NCBI GenBank assembly: GCA_051362555.1
Contig: CM120640.1
Coordinates: forward strand, 11,594,001-11,658,000
Reading direction: 5' to 3'
DNA: 64,000 bases
From: Lingula anatina
Taxonomy: Eukaryota > Animalia > Brachiopoda
Shown piece by piece: positions 25,671 through 38,827 of the stretch (its first letter is position 1; the number at the start of each line of letters is the position of its first letter). Under the pieces are notes generated by a model, which worked only from the letters and a program-made list of their open reading frames with translations, searched no databases and was not told where the DNA came from. A program made the translations under genes and the position numbers.

Positions 25671-27893
25671 CGGTAAAGTCTTGAAAATTTCGTCGCTTAA
25701 AAATTAATTAATATTTTTAATTGTGTAAATCCGACTAATTTTTCAAAATTACCTCTCCCCGACTCCTGGGTATGACGAAATTTTCAAAAATCCGGCCTTT
25801 GGGCTTTTATCCTTAGCGACTGTTATCTTTGACCCTCCTATATTGTGGGATATTTAAAACTACTTCCTAAGTCGTTTTCTGGTGGTAAATAATAATATTT
25901 TTATTACTGCATCTCGATTAAGTTAAATTTAACTTACTGTACCCGAAAATGTGTTGAGAATTATCTTCTCGGTAAGAAACATACCTCCTGATAGAGGAGA
26001 AGGATCAAGATAAGCTTAATTGCCTCCTTGCATTATAACCTGGCCGCGACATATTTAAAAAAAATTATGCACTTGGCAACGTTTGTTGCATGCAGGGCTT
26101 TTCCCAGGATTGAATGCCAGGCCTTCTAAAAGTACCATCTGTAACTTCCTAAAAATTTACAGGGAGTTAAAATAATTGCTCCCGCAGACGATCTTCCGCA
26201 ATTTAAGTTTCTTGAACTTATATGAAAACTGAACGATCTCCCGATGATGATATGAAAATTGCCTTTTCGTCTCGCTCGGATCGCGAACGATCTCCCTCTG
26301 ACGATCTTACGCGAACAAAGCCCTGGCGATATATTACGCAAACGATTCTTCGCCGAAGATACATGTATGCCGTGATCGGGGAAGGGGGGGGGGTTAAAGA
26401 TGAAATTAAAAATATATATTTTTTATAATATTCAAAGGGGAGGGGGGGTTAAAATAATGATCTCCCGCTGACGATCGTTTGCAAACTTAGTTCCTTGAAC
26501 TAATATGAAAACTGCATTTTATTATTGCTTACATCGCGAACAATCTCCCGACGATGATATGAAAATTGCCTTTACGTCAAGCTCGGATCGCGAACGATCT
26601 CCCTCTGATGTGATCTTACGCGAACAAAGTCCTGAGGATATTACGCGAACGATTCTCCGCCGAATATGTACCGTGAGCGGGGGAGGGGGGGCTGTTTAAA
26701 GAAAAAATGAAAAATATATTTTTTAAATCCAAAGTGTGTGTGTCTGGGGTCTGGGGGGGGGGGGGGAGAGTGAAATAATGATCTCTCGCTGACGATCTTC
26801 CGTTAACGAAGTTCCCTAAATCCCTTGAACTAATATAAAAATTGCATTTCATTCTTGCTTACATCGCAAACGATCCCGCGATGATTATCTTACGCGAACG
26901 ATTCTCCGCCGAAGATATGCCATGAGCGGGGTAGGGGGGGGGGGGGGGGAATAAGATGAAATGAAAATATATATATTATTTATTAAATTCAAAGGGGGGG
27001 GGGGGGGTTAGAATAGTGATCTCCCGCTGACGATCTTTTGCAAACTAAGTTCCTTGCACTAATTTGAAAATTGCATTTCATTCTTGCTTACATCGCGAAC
27101 GATCTCCCGATGATGACATGAAAATTGCCTTTTCGTCTCGCTCGGATCGCAAACGATCTCCCGCTGATGATCTTACGCGAACGGAGTCTGCTATAAATAT
27201 GAAAATTTTCTTCTTGTCTCGTTTGGATCGCGAACGATCTGTTGACAATATTACGCGAAAGATTCTCTGCTGAAGCTATGAAAATTGCCATCTCGTCCCA
27301 TTCGCATTGCGAACGATCTCCATGGATGAGCCAGGTAATTGTTAAATGGTCCTAAATTGAACATGGACATGAATAGAAGTGACAGGTACATTTCCCTTCG
27401 AGATAATATCTTGATTTTTCATGGTGTCTTCCTCATTTAGGACAGCCGCCGATAACAATAACGGCGTTACAAATGACAAAGCCGCGGCCTGTGACTTTTA
27501 TTTGCCGGCTTGATAACGCACCTTGAGCCAGGTAATAGTAATGAAACTATTTAGACAAAAGGCCGATGTTCCCGCAATTAAGAACGGGGATTCACATCTT
27601 AACCACTTATATTGTGAGTAACCGCTCGCAGGGGCGCACTATTGTTCCTATCTCCCATTTAAAGTGTTATCGGCAATGATATCCTGATCGTATCATTGTC
27701 TTGAATCAACTGACGCATTACCTTCATGTTTGAGCTGGACAACGCGGCCATATTTGGTGACGAACTTTTCAAAAATTATTGAGTACCTCATTTTCAAGGT
27801 CGACGAAGTTTTCAAGGGGAAAAAAATTACCTCGGCGGAAAATCGTCTGCCGACGAAATTTTCAAGAACGACGAAATTTTCAAGACTTTACCG
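25671..27893. mobile_element. 2.2-kb non-autonomous TA-TSD (Tc1/mariner/pogo-type) DNA transposon
   Basis: ~25-bp TIR CGGTAAAGTCTTGAAAATTTCGTCG; TA TSD confirmed by the empty site GGCATGCT-TA-CCTCACATACT at 33308-33328; subterminal GACGAAATTTTCAAG repeats; no transposase ORF. Confidence 0.85.
26160..27320. repeat. complex internal repeat: CGCGAACGATCTC motif within ~240-320-bp higher-order units bounded by G-tracts
   Basis: Units start at ~26163, 26445, 26760 and 27003; G runs up to ~15 nt. Confidence 0.85.
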
Positions 27894-28318
27894 TACCTCA
27901 CATACTTACCTATCTACAGAAATCTATATCTTTTGTGGGGTTTTCCTTGGCCTTAGTGAGCCCAAGGTTATGACCTCTTTGCAACCCCACAAATTGAAAT
28001 GTATGCACTATTTGTTTGGAAATTATATTTTAAATGTAGATATTATAGGCATACACATTATGTTAACATCATTAATCAACACTATTCAATGTTTATCACT
28101 AATCCGCTTCATTTCTTTTTGTTAATGAGACCTTCATTGAATGTGGCCATCCTCTGCCAAATTTCGAATATCATGCTAGAGTTTTTCTATTCTTTCAACT
28201 GGCATGTCTTATTACTTAAATTGGCTTAGATCAAGGAGACATAAATAATGTTATCTTCTACACAAGGTGATCACTTGTACCAGTAAATGCATACTCCTAT
28301 GCTGCTCATCAAAAGCTG

Positions 28319-28319
<1 letters not shown>

Positions 28320-28387
<68 letters not shown>

Positions 28388-28398
28388 TACACACACAC
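28320..28398. repeat. compound self-complementary microsatellite (TG)n(TA)n(CA)n
   Basis: Read directly. Confidence 0.95.
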
Positions 28399-29432
28399 TA
28401 TCCTGTCTGGTAGTTTGGAAATTCAATTTATCCAATATCAATTTACTACTAAGTCTGCTTTATGCATACTCAAGAAAAAAAATCATATTTGTCATAATTT
28501 AAATATCTTATGTAACAAGAGATATTAAGAGATTATTTTCCAAATAGAAAATAGGCAAGTCATATATTCACACAACCGTTGCCAGTATCATTATATGGTA
28601 TATATACAAATTCTCAACAAAGATCATCCTTGTATTTAGGTCAAAGGTATGCAGTCGGCATGCAAATTCTTTGGGAAAGTATCCCCATAATATACCAAAA
28701 AAAATCCATAAATGTTTCAACTACAAATCAATTGCCTACCTTTAACACATATGCATGATACAAGTATTCAAGGATAAGAACACAATGTTCCAGTTTACAT
28801 TGAGAAGAACATGACTGTCAGTACAATACATAGGTAAATGTGTCCACATTCAATTTACATACATTTAAACCAAGTCTTGTATTTTACCCATCACTTGTCT
28901 CCTAGTACTTCTATGGCAATTTGTTACACTTGGCTAAGTAACCTATGGAAGTTGACCTTTCTGAACTTGCATATCTACTGGTATGATGGACAGGGAAAAA
29001 AACAAGTGTGTAAAGAGATAAAAAAACTTAAAATTTTCTATAGAAAAAATTACTTACATTGTCATGTAAATTGTTGCTTATTCTACATTTTTAAGAACGA
29101 AAAATGGCTTCTCACAAATATAGATGCTTAATAGTTGAACAGCAGAAGAGGATCTAGCTGAGGATCAGAGAGGCCTAATTGCCTCCTGAGTATGTACCAC
29201 TCTTTGGATTAATGTTATAATTGGTTACCACAGTATTTTTTTCAACAGCATTTTTTAAATTTGTCCTCATCAGTCATCTTAGATGAAAAATAATGTATAT
29301 GTGGACTGTCTATGAGAGTGCTATGATGAACCAGTTACATGCAGACACCCTCATGTACAGTGCAAACCGCTTAGAGCATATTAAAATACACTATGATCTA
29401 AAATGCTTGTCACTGCTATAAGCAAAATGAAA

Positions 29433-29842
29433 CTAGAGGATCAGAGAGGCGATACCGCCTCCTGGTATTGTACCACCAGCTGGAATAAGCGCATTCGTAT
29501 GGGAAAGAAAAAGAATGGGGGACACCACCTGTTGTAAAAAATTCTCATTTTTGGAAATTTTGGCCCATTTGTCCTTGAAATAAAGGTCAAAGGTCAATTC
29601 CAAGGGCACATTTGAAATCTCCACATATGACTTTCGGTCAGCTGTCTGTAGTTATATTTCCCATAATTCCTTTGGTTTGGGAGATATTTAGCATTGAATT
29701 TTCAAAAATTTTGACAAGGGTGCATTTCAAAGAGCGTCATGCCCAGATGAATGCACCCACTGAGATAAAAAAAACAGGGGGTTCAAGTTGAGATTATATG
29801 TGACCTAAATCCAAGAGATGGGGACACGCTGGTGGTACTAAT
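29433..29842 (-). mobile_element. short HINE family A derivative (~410 bp, no satellite array)
   Basis: Both termini present (CTAGAGGATCAGAGAGGCGATACCGCCTC...ATTGTACCACCAGC and CGCTGGTGGTAC). A separate terminal fragment lies at ~29154-29200. Confidence 0.8.
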
Positions 29843-31286
29843 AAAATGAAAAGCCATTACTGAATAATTATTCACAAAACAATGAAATGAACATCATGCA
29901 AACAAATCAGTAAAACAAAATAAAAGTATTTATTTTAAAGGATTTCAGACAGACTTTCAGAGTGGCTTGAATGGAGCACATCCTTCAGAAAACAAGCCCA
30001 AATTATTCCTTATTTATCAAAATACACAAATTGGAAATTGATTTGTAAATATTGAGCTTCAAAAAATAGCCCTTTCGCTAGGTGTAAGAGTTTATGAGCT
30101 ACGTGGTCACACGTGGTCTGGTGTTGACTTACAAGCCACAGGAGGAGAGGGCCAGCATTTAATTATGACTATATATAATAGTATTTATAGTATAAACAGA
30201 TATTCTCAATATATATACATCCAGTGAAGTAAAAAAAAAAAAAAAGAAAAAAATTAAGTGAAAAATGCATTCACGAATTTTACTTTTTTCTAAAACTCTG
30301 GTGAAAGAAATTAATAAATCTTTTTTTTTTTTTTTTTTTTTTGTGTGTGTAATCATGCAAACATTTTTTTCGATACATGCCTTGGTAGTACTATATGCAC
30401 AGTTTTCATATTCAGTAACGAAGGTTAGAGGAAAGAAATATATTCCAAATGCGTAAATAACAAGTTTAATTGTTAACAAGCTCTTGGTCAACTATCAGGC
30501 ATTTAAATTGCGTCAGCAATGAGTAAGTGTATTTATAAGCTTGTCAACTGCTGATAGTTAATTTGGAAGACTGTCAGCTTTTAATATGATCTAAACCACT
30601 CGAGACGACCATACTAATAGTCTCATCACATCTATTGTCACCGAAGTTAGTAAGAAAGTCACTGAAGACCGTCACAGACAAGGTAAAAAAAGCATCAACG
30701 AATGCCAGATCCTTTGCTGCTTTTCTTAGTGCAGCCCATGACAACACACTGAGGCAAAACAAAAATTGCTGAACTCCATTTAACATAGCCTTCCCTAACT
30801 TCACTGTATTCAATATTTAGCTCAGTTGACTTTCTTAAAGACCCTTAGCTTGTATGGCGTAATAGGCTCATGTGACCCAGACCTGTGCTTCATTTTTGGA
30901 TATTCAGGTAGGGTTTTCAAAAATCCTTTTTTTCCACTAAGAGATTGTTTTAATACTATTTATAGGGTGTTGATCGATCCAAACATATCTCTAGAATACA
31001 GATTGATTGCTGGATCTACGAAATTCAAGAAATGGTTTTTTACATGGCTCAAACCCTTTAAGCAAGGAATAGTTTCTGTACCTGAGAAAATTAACAAATT
31101 CAGATCCAGACATCATACCAGCTGGGTTGATTGAGCTCTACAGCGTTTTCACTAAAGTGCAACAATGTAATTAGTTTAATTATCTGACCCACCTCCTCAA
31201 CCAGCTAAGGGTCATTTAAGCTGAGCACACATGATAGTTAATTACCCCTAGCTGCTCGAGGACGTGTTTCAGACAATTTAGCTTAA

Positions 31287-31543
31287 GGCTTCGTTCACAT
31301 GCAATGTCTATTTTCTAAATTCTATTTTCTATTCGCGCTATCTTATGATCACGGTCTGTGCCCTGAATATCCCGCCGCGTAATTACTGGCAGCGCGAGCC
31401 AGTTACTTATAGTAACTTATAGTAACTGGCTCGCGCTGCCAGTAATTACGCTGCATGATATTCAGGGCACAGACCGTGATCATAAGACATACCGCGAATA
31501 GAAAATAGAATTTAGAAAATAGACATTGCATGTGAATGAAGCC
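31287..31543. mobile_element. Harbinger-type fold-back MITE (257-bp near-perfect palindrome)
   Basis: TIR GGCTTCGTTCACATG, TAA TSD (31284-31286 / 31544-31546); arms ~120 bp, loop ~13 nt. Confidence 0.85.
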
Positions 31544-32192
31544 TAAAACACTGATTGCACTTTTACAAGAATTAACTGCAGAATTGGATCAACCCAGCTG
31601 GTATGATGTCTGAACCTGAATGGGGTCTAATAGTAGCCATCCTTAAATTAGTCAAAAAAAAAAAAATAATAATAATAATAACAATAAATAAATAAAAAAT
31701 AAACAGAGTTAAAAGTTTACAACTATGATACCCAGTAAAGAAGGCATTACCAATATACATCATAATGTTCTGAATCAATCTATATAGATTATGAGATGTA
31801 CATGCAATAAAGTTTATGATCTGATGCACATGGCAAAACACGAGTTTCAGGCCATATCCATGATACCTGCATTGTCTAAGCTGGTGATGCAATGGATCAA
31901 TCAATTATCCCATTCAATTTTGAAAAAAAATGACTCTTTCAACTGAAAAAAAAAATTCACTGATATTTTGTTTAAATCTAAAACAGATCAGCTTCCAAAT
32001 GACAAAATCCTTTAAATATTAATGTCGCTTGGGGTCTGTAATTCTTGCCATGTGCAATGAGCAATTTTAATAACAGCATAAAGACTACGAAGCTAGACTT
32101 CACAAAAGAAATAACACAAATACAGAAATTGATATATGTCTTTCCAACTGAATAGTCTTTTAGAAAATGTAACCATAGCACTGACTGCTCAC

Positions 32193-32304
32193 CTGCAGCT
32201 CTGAAAAACAGTCTGGTGACTGAATAGTTAACTGTGTGCTATCCTGTGTAGCCTTGAGCTGAATTCACACTATTCTCCGCAGTATTCTATTGAACAGCTT
32301 GAGC
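32193..32304 (-). other. putative non-coding 5'UTR exon of the minus-strand gene
   Basis: Strong acceptor ttattattttacatttttaattgcag and donor CAG|GTGAGC; stops in all three frames. Confidence 0.45.
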
Positions 32305-32961
32305 CTGCAATTAAAAATGTAAAATAATAAAATACCATGGGAATACATCAAAGTCTTTTCTTCAAATCCCAAAGGTTGCATGCATCTGACGGATGAGCCA
32401 ACATACAATATCTTAAAATTAACTGCCTAAATACTGACTCTTCCTAAAAACAACTTTGCACAACTGATGGCACCTGTATGAGAAAATGCTCAGAATTGCA
32501 CTTTACTTATTAGGAACAATTTGCATCATAGCCCCTATATTTTGCACAAAATAAACTGCACTGACAAATCTGAAAAAAAAAATTTTTGTGAGACCCAGAA
32601 AAATGAGTGGCTGTAAAACACACCACTTGTACTTGTCAGATACTGGTTTGGCAGAGGTAATGTTATAGAGTTAGAAATACCTTATTTTCTTCACAAGCCA
32701 TCCAGGGGATAAGATTTCAATTTTTACAGTTCCTAGTTAAACTAAAATGTACTTGGACAGAAAAACAAATGCTTAAAACAACTAATGACTTATCTTGAAT
32801 GACTTACTATTTACTTTTCCTATTTTACCCTTGAACTTCAGTCCAGAAGTTGGTCTAAACTTTTAGAATAAAACTGAAGCCTATTTTGACTTGGGATGAA
32901 TCAGTTATGCAATCAAATGACAAGTTAGACTTGTTTTATAACAAGAAACATCTTCTGTTTT

Positions 32962-33390
32962 AACTACGTTGGGTCAAGTGGCATGCTTTTATGACATATT
33001 TCTTTATTTATTTATATTTTCCTCCTCCCTTCGTCGGGTTCAGTGGCATGCTTTTACAATATATTTGTCAATTTATAATTTCCTCCCTGCTACGTCAGGT
33101 TGAGTTGCATGCTTTTCACAATATATTTGTTTATTTATTTATATTTTCTTCCCTGCTACATTTGATTGAGTGGCATACTTTTTACAATATATTTGTTTAT
33201 TTATTTATATTTTCTTCCCCGCTACATTTGATTGATTGGCATGCTTTTATAACAGGTTCAATTATTTTTTTATTTATATTCACATCAATTTACTGCTAGG
33301 TTGAGGGGCATGCTTACCTCACATACTTATCTATCCACAGTCATGCTTTTATGACATATTTCTTTCTTAATTTATATTTTCCTCCTATAT
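32962..33390. repeat. ~60-70-bp tandem repeat, copy 2 (empty site)
   Basis: Colinear with 25310-25670 plus 27896-27915. Confidence 0.85.
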
Positions 33391-33831
33391 TTGTTGTTTT
33401 TAAGCTACTGTATATCTCACCAGAATTAGGGAAGACCAAAACTTTGGTCTAACATTTTAGACCAATTTTTGGTCTAGAGTTTTTTTGTAGAGATAGCCCC
33501 AGTGTATATCTTTATAAAAATAGTCTCTGATATGGCTTTTAGCAGTTTAAGTTAATAACTTAAATTAGATGTGATGACTTATGGATTCTTTTGCCTCCTT
33601 GGCTATAGTGCAAACAAGTCAGTGTGTTGGAAAACTGCATAGCGTTTGGCTTATTTTTCCCATCAAAACAAATTGTTACAGTTCTCTGCTATAATTCATG
33701 GACAGTAATAGGAATGCCTGAACTCAACAGTTTTAAATCATTTAAAAGGGTATGGTCTACTGCATACTGAATTACCAGCTCAGCAGTAATCCACCTCTAA
33801 TCCACCTCCAGTAATCCAAAGGACTGCTTAA

Positions 33832-34483
33832 AGATATTTTAACCCTTTATTATTATCTAGGTATGGAATTTTTTTTCCAGTCTAATTATTCAATATTGCA
33901 TCTTTGTGCTAATTTAAAACAATAAGAAACCTCAAAAATATAAAATATCGGTGTTTATATTTTTTTTCGTTGCAATGTATAAGCACAGGCAACTCAAAGC
34001 TTTAATCATCAATTTAACACCTTCACCTTCAACCCTAAATTAAACTTTATTACAAAAATTGGCAGAGTTGACCAGGAGTGTATAGGCTTCAATCCTGTGC
34101 TGTTAATTTGGTTTGCTTTTGATATGGAGTTATGAGCCCCTAATTACAGATTTTCATTAAACAAAGGCATTATTTTGCTTTATCAATGATAAAATCTGAA
34201 CTAAAACTTCTAAGAAAAATCACTGGCAGGATTTTGGAGTACTAAATGGTGTCATTAAATCAGCATCGAAATAGTGATGGTGGGTGCTCAGGTAAAAGAG
34301 AAATTTAAAAAACTGATTTTTTAGTTTTTACCCCAAAATCTCAATTATCACATCACCCTTAAGATGGTATATGTGTTAATGTTAATTAATTTAGTCAGTG
34401 GGCATTGGTGATTTATCTGTTATCCAAAGGATTATATGTAAAGCAATAAATAAGGAGCCTTGGGCGAAGGGTAACAATATCCT
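33832..34483. mobile_element. family C copy (inverted)
   Basis: TTAA-AGATATTTTAACCCTTT ... AAGGGTAACAATATCCT; reverse-complement similarity to 38828-39330 and 39880-40069. Confidence 0.65.
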
Positions 34484-36199
34484 TGATACAGTTTAATGTG
34501 AAACTTTAAAATACACTAAAACTGACACATTTTTGGAAAACTCAATGTATGATATTGTGTTAGATGACACAGATTGCAGCAGTTGCACTATAATTTCCTT
34601 CCTGAGTAATGACATCATGTTCTCTCTACATATATAAAATGTAACACAAATGGTTTTAGATAAGTTTGCTTAAAAAATTATTATTTTTTTTTTTTTACAT
34701 TTCATCATCATCATCAGAATGAAACTGTCCAAGTTACCCAAAATATTGAATTAACTTCAAATGTAACCATGCTATTACTTAACAATATCTGACTACCTAG
34801 ATGTGAATGTAAAAAAATTAGAAAATCACTTTTAGTGGCTTAGCTCTTGCTAAAAAAAAAAAAAAAACATGAGTCAAATGCTAAACAAACTTCAATTGAC
34901 AAAAGGAAATGTTAAATATACCCTAAGTTGGATAAACTATCAAGCATTTAATTGTATAATAACCATTTATGTGATTCTAGAACAAGACCAGTGCCAGTTC
35001 TGTTCATAATTTATACATTAATGTGATAAATAATGCTTATAAAAATATATACACACACAAGATAAACCATTTTTGAGTAGTAAATGTCAGTGAGCAATCA
35101 ATTTGTTGCAGACATTACTGATGGCAGAGTTTTGGGTCACTTGCACCAAATGAGAGCTGAATTAATATATCTGTCTTTTCAGAGGCTCAGTTTGTTAAGA
35201 CAAAATCGAAGTGTCAAAATGTAAAAGCCAGTTACTGAATTAAAAATAGCTTTCACTGTGCAAATATTCATTAAGCTGTGCTATACCATATTTCTGGATT
35301 GAGCATTAAAATTTTATGATCAAAACATAGTTATTGTACTGTAATCTATCATTTAGGTTCACACATATCATCAGTTTCGGTCCACTGCTGTTAAACATGT
35401 TTCTTAGCTTTACAGTAATTTGCCTATCACATGATATATAACATCATATATTATGCCACATTATATAAAATTCTTATTAATTATGCACAATTTGTTTAGG
35501 TTACAGGAGTCAAATGTGTGTGTGTGCCTGTGTACATACATACATACATATATTTTATATTTCAATAAACAATTATCAAAACCAACAATAATCTGGTCAC
35601 TAAATATTGAAGAAACGGAAATAAAAGCTAAAGCCCCTCTACATCATCAATTTATTAGGTTGACACAATCTAATATTGGTTGTGAAATGGAAACAAAACC
35701 TAAAACCCTCTACAGCATCCACTAATTAGGTTGATACAATGTGATATGGGCTGTGCATGCAGGTGCCTGCTTCTAAGCTTGTCCAGAAGTAGGTATTAGT
35801 GACGTCAACAGAAAAGATCTATACATATAATATTTCCTACATAAACCTGAATAATGATAAGAAAAACATCTCTTTTTATGTTTTTTTTTTTCATTCCTAG
35901 TTCCTGGAATAAGTGGATTACGTAATGTAACCAGTATATCTAAACAACCATGATTTCCTAAGCTGCATTGTAAAGGTGTCATCATAATAACCATTTTTTG
36001 CCCACCATCATGCTTTGTATTTGAAAAACAACACACAATAATCAACACTGCAATCCACTAAATTAATTTCACCTCACAGAAAAATATTAATAAAACAGTA
36101 TATTCAAGTATATTGTTCTTGGTTGATTTACTAGAAAAATAAGCCCATCAATAAATAAGTCTGAAAAAAATAACAACATGAGACTGATCGAACAGAAAT

Positions 36200-36857
36200 G
36201 TAGATCTACACGTAATCAGTCAGAGCTACCCTAAAAATGTATCATTCACTATTTACAGAGACTAGCCACCATGATGTTTATGACGCCGATACATTTCCGG
36301 GTTGGTTGATTATTTCATCATAGTATCACTACGCTTTGCGACATTGACCTTATAAAGCGTACCTATTTTATACATCTGTTATATGATTACATTAGCAACT
36401 ACTTTACCTGACATTTGGTGATACGAGCCCTTTTTGTGCAGTACGCAACATAACTTTAACAAGCTTATCTTCAAAATGTCGCGCACTTTCAGATTTCTAG
36501 CGAGTCTATTGGTCTCTCGTGCGCAGGGCAGTTAAGATTTCCCTTGCTAAATCGAAAGTGTTATTTAATCTAACCAATCCCTTTCCCTTTACTGTTCAGA
36601 TGAAAGTAAATAAAATCATTCAATACGCTGCTATTCAAATAAGCTTCTGACTGTTTACAGCAAAAATTAAATACGACTGAGAACACCGAGATACCGCCCT
36701 CGACAGCCTTCATCCCTACAGCGGACGAGTTGATTTTATGAATGGGGTCAGCCAACAAACATGGATTTTGTGTTCACAGTTGTAGAAATGCGTGTAGTGT
36801 CCCGCTGAAGGGTCTGTGGCAAGAGTGTGGGCCTGATAGGCCTCAGTCAGCGGCATC
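36200..36857. promoter_or_regulatory. CpG-enriched putative bidirectional promoter / 5'UTR region
   Basis: Local CpG excess outside any recognisable TE; directly upstream of the smoothelin ATG and beyond the most upstream minus-strand exon found; ETS-like CCGGAAAT on the minus strand at ~36293-36300; TATAAAG at 36351. Confidence 0.5.
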
Positions 36858-36902
36858 ATGTCAGAATACACAGGGATGAGTGAGACTGCTCTGAAATCTA
36901 TG
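36858..36902 (+). CDS. SMTN: smoothelin-like protein, coding exon 1 (MSEYTGMSETALKSM)
   Basis: ATG in gcatcATG context; donor ATG|GTAAGA. Spliced to 44497 it gives MSEYTGMSETALKSMLDRCTNFDERRKIRAAIR, resembling my recollection of the vertebrate smoothelin N-terminus (LDEGALRKLLEVTADLAERRRIRSAIREL). Confidence 0.8.
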
Positions 36903-38827
36903 GTAAGAAGTTGTAGAATTGTCAGACTATGCTGATAAGTTGCTCCTATTTCAGCATGTTACTGTCAGCTTTTGAAACTAGAACTCATTCATTAGAAGTA
37001 GAAAAGAGCACAGGTTCGCTGTCTGTAATGCGTGTACACAATGGCTCTTGGGACATCAACGCAATGGAGAGATTAAAAATGCTCAAGATGCCTTCATGAG
37101 AAGTAAAATTGTTAACAATGTACTTGTGGGCATGGTTAAAACCATGCAGCAGCAGAGCTAATCCCTGTGCATGTAGATAAAACCACATATGAATTACCAC
37201 ATTGACAAAAAATCCTAGATAAAACCTATGAGCATTTTTTCCATGTTGAAACAGGTGGCATTTTTTTCAACCAGATCAAGGACGTGGTCATGTTCCTTCA
37301 GACATCTATGATCTTGCATAATTATAATATTTGTGGTGTAATGCATTTTTCCACTTATTATACTAGTTTCATTCTTCACAAAAATGTTGTATAATTATGA
37401 TTGGCTAGAATGTTCAGGTCTATAACCAACATTATGTTCTTTTATTGGAAAAAAAAAATGACAATTTTACCTCTAAGTTGATCCAACTTGAGAAACTGTA
37501 TTGAACCAAAATTAAATTTTGATTCAGAGCAGTCAACCGGTCCCTTTCCAACTAGAATTTTTTTCAAATCACCTGAACCCCATCTGTGGGCTTATAGGTG
37601 CTGATGTGCATACGTTGTGTTATGGACATCACTTTGATAAGTTACTAATTTTGACTCAAAACTGGAATCAATGTTAAAAAGAGTGGGCTATTGCCATATT
37701 TTTCAGGTCAGAAAGAAAGTTCAGGTAAATTTATATGTATATATTGGGCCTAGGGAGGGGGTGTGGTTTGGTGCATATCAAAGTAGTGGTCGTAAGCATA
37801 TCACATCAAAGAGTGCGAACAATTTGCCCAGCTTTCATCTGTGTCTCTTGCTGTTTACAAACAAGTTCTTTTTCTCAACCTGAAGTATTTACAATATGAG
37901 AGTAATACACTCTAGACATTCTCCAGCACATACAGAATGTAGTGAAGGAGTAGGTAGGTAGATAAGTGGTTTGTGGTTTGCATCGCAGTGCTTCAAACAT
38001 TTTTTTGGTTCGCTCCATGAAGTCACTGTTTAATTTGTTAATTCAGCATTCACAATCAGAAACTCGATTCTAGAGAATAAGTGGCTATTTTGTTTATAAG
38101 CCCTGAGTTACAATTAACAACTGACCATAGCTACTGACCATCCATATATACCCCTCAGCTTTTGTAACCTAGATGCCAAACTAAATAACGAAAAAAAGAT
38201 CCCCCTTAAGAGCAGTTTGACTGGGTTCCATGCATGCATAGATCGATCCATCTGGATCGATCTAACCCCCTGGAGAGTCTCACTGGACTTAAGTGTCTGT
38301 CACGCCTACCGAATCAGCTAGGAGGTAAAGATAATTGCCCCCTAACAGCTTTACTAGGCGTGATAGACATTTAAGCTGGTCAAGTTGACAAGATCTATCC
38401 AAATATCTGTGGGAATGGTCCCTTTAAGTTACCTATCATAACAAGGAGGAATTCAGAGGAGTGTCATTGTGTTTATCATTACAGAGGAAGCAATATATAT
38501 TCAAAGTCTGACTAGAGCAAACAATATAATATTTTTCTTCTGTCTTCTCTAAGACTGGGTACCCATCCCTAGATCGAACTAACAGGATCGCCAATCTCCA
38601 TGGTGACCCTCGCTAAATCGCTTTCAGCCCAAGGGTTAAAACGTCTGGGATGCCCAATAAAGCTGCTAAACAATAGTTAATTACCCCCTATCAGCGTCAG
38701 CAGGCGTGACAGACATCTAAGCTACCCAGGTTAATTGCAATTAAGCGAAGATCCCCTCGGAGATCCAAAATTAGTACAATAGGGTCTGGGTGTGGTCTCT
38801 AAGTATTAATATTCGTTCCTTGCTTAA

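Noticed and set aside
25240-27291. Short ORFs in repeats (25240, 26222, 26505, 27064; likewise 11097-11904 and 57456-58797)
   Set aside because: They derive from tandem repeats or TE bodies and show no transposase, helicase or RT motifs.
27748-27757. Perfect CArG box CCATATTTGG as a smoothelin enhancer
   Set aside because: It lies inside a young transposon ~9 kb upstream, and a single 10-mer is expected by chance in AT-rich DNA.
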